Below, one piece after another: positions 62,780 through 64,000 of a DNA stretch of 64,000 nucleotides. Every line of letters begins with the position of its first letter. Positions within the stretch are counted from its first letter, which is position 1. Location of the stretch: contig NC_045708.1 of assembly GCF_009834535.1 (NCBI RefSeq), positions 51,584,001-51,648,000 on the forward strand, in the 5' to 3' direction. The stretch comes from Camelus ferus (Eukaryota). A model generated the notes under the pieces. It saw nothing but the letters and a program-made list of their open reading frames with translations. It did not search any database and was not told where the DNA came from. Made by a program: the position numbers and the translations under genes.

Positions 62780-63590
62780 ACATTCATCACTCCCTTCCCT
62801 CCTTTCCCTTTGGTAACTATAAATTTGTTTTCTGTGCCTGTGAATCTGTTTCTATTTTATAAATAAGTTCACTTTTTTTTTTTAGATTCTGCACATAAGT
62901 GATGATATATGATATTTGCCTTTCTCTGATTGACTTTACTTAGTATGATAATCTCTAGGTNNNNNNNNNNNNNNNNNNNNNNNNNNNNNNNNNNNNNNNN
63001 NNNNNNNNNNNNNNNNNNNNNNNNNNNNNNNNNNNNNNNNNNNNNNNNNNNNNNNNNNNNNNNNNNNNNNNNNNNNNNNNNNNNNNNNNNNNNNNNNNNN
63101 NNNNNNNNNNNNNNNNNNNNNNNNNNNNNNNNNNNNNNCTATTATAAATAGTGCCACTGTGAATATTGGGGTGCATGTTATCTTTTCGAATTAGAACTTT
63201 TGTCTNNNNNNNNNNNNNNNNNNNNNNNNNNNNNNNNNNNNNNNNNNNNNNNNNNNNNNNNNNNNNNNNNNNNNNNNNNNNNNNNNNNNNNNNNNNNNNN
63301 NNNNNNNNNNNNNNNNNNNNNNNNNNNNNNNNNNNNNNNNNNNNNNNNNNNNNCTCTCTCTAGCATTTATTATTTATAGACTTGTTGATGATGGCCATCC
63401 TGACTGGTGTGAGGTGATACTTCATTGTAATTTTGATTTGCATTTCTCTAATAATTAGCAATGCTGAGCAACTTTTCATGTTCCTGTTGGCCATCTGGAT
63501 GTCTTCCCTGGAGAAGTGTCTATTTGAATCTTCTGCCCATTTTTTTGATTGAATTGCTTGTTTTTTTGTTACTGAGTTCTATGAACAAAA
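62780..63590 (-). mobile_element. Younger 5'-truncated L1 3' end with N gaps at 62961-63138 and 63206-63353
   Basis: ttagattctgcacataagtgatg...gccatcctgactggtgtgaggtgatacttcattgtaattttgatttgcatttctc. Confidence 0.88.
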
Positions 63591-64000
63591 ATATTTCTTG
63601 AACTAGTGTGCTCTTTGAGTATATTCAATATTTGTAAAATTTCTGTTTGTTTACAAGCTATCAAGAGCAAATTCACTACCAAAGCAAGATGCATTTCTTA
63701 TAGAAATGAGTCTCTTTGGTGCATGTGTTTCTGTGACTAGGTCTGAAGACTTGAACAGCTCTCATCAAGGGCCACACTCGTCTCCACAGAGCTACCCGTG
63801 ATTTTATGATTCTTTAGACTCAGTGTAAGTTAGAAGAAGCAGTGGGTGGGAGCAGATGCTGTTCAAGAATTTCCTTCACTTTTGGCATTTTGTTTTCTGA
63901 TCTAGTGAGATTTTCCTATATTTACTTTGGATGCAGTCCTGCAGCTTTCCTCCAAACTCCATCACCTGCGTTTCACAGGCTGTGTACACTAGAAGTACTG

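Noticed and set aside
22094-63366. ORFs containing X runs (22094-22569, 48954-49182, 62930-63366)
   Set aside because: They are open only because N gaps hide stops, and all lie in repeats.
1-64000. CRISPR array, operon, functional tRNA/rRNA gene or NUMT
   Set aside because: No repeat-spacer array, no long intact ORFs and no mitochondrial-like sequence; the tRNA-like sequences are degenerate SINE heads with TSDs.

Overview
Mammalian genomic DNA, AT-rich and dense in transposable elements. I found no protein-coding exon, RNA gene or CRISPR array that I can support, so this is most likely intergenic or deep intronic sequence. Two tRNA-Ala-derived SINEs resembling the camelid Vic-1 family, and no recognisable Alu, B1, Bov-tA, PRE-1 or Can-SINE, suggest a camelid genome (inference). 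The first 10 kb is an LTR nest. A MIR is split by an ERVL-type LTR and by a decayed, internally deleted class I (ERV1) provirus at 737-6138. That provirus has two 394-bp LTRs, an AGCC target-site duplication (TSD), a tRNA-Leu primer-binding site (PBS), gag/RNase H/integrase/env remnants, and no recognisable protease or RT. Its gag carries a younger MER41-like solo LTR (2460-3054). A second MER41-like solo LTR lies at 7858-8403. Both keep a perfect GAS/STAT motif (TTCCNGGAA), which is the most interesting functional lead here. The rest is old L1, L2, MIR, MaLR and DNA-transposon relics, microsatellites, four N gaps and three local duplications: a 148-bp dispersed copy, a 154/160-bp tandem and a perfect 67-bp tandem. 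Family names come from recalled consensus similarity, not a database search. Boundaries without a TSD are approximate. I did not find a convincing new biological system.
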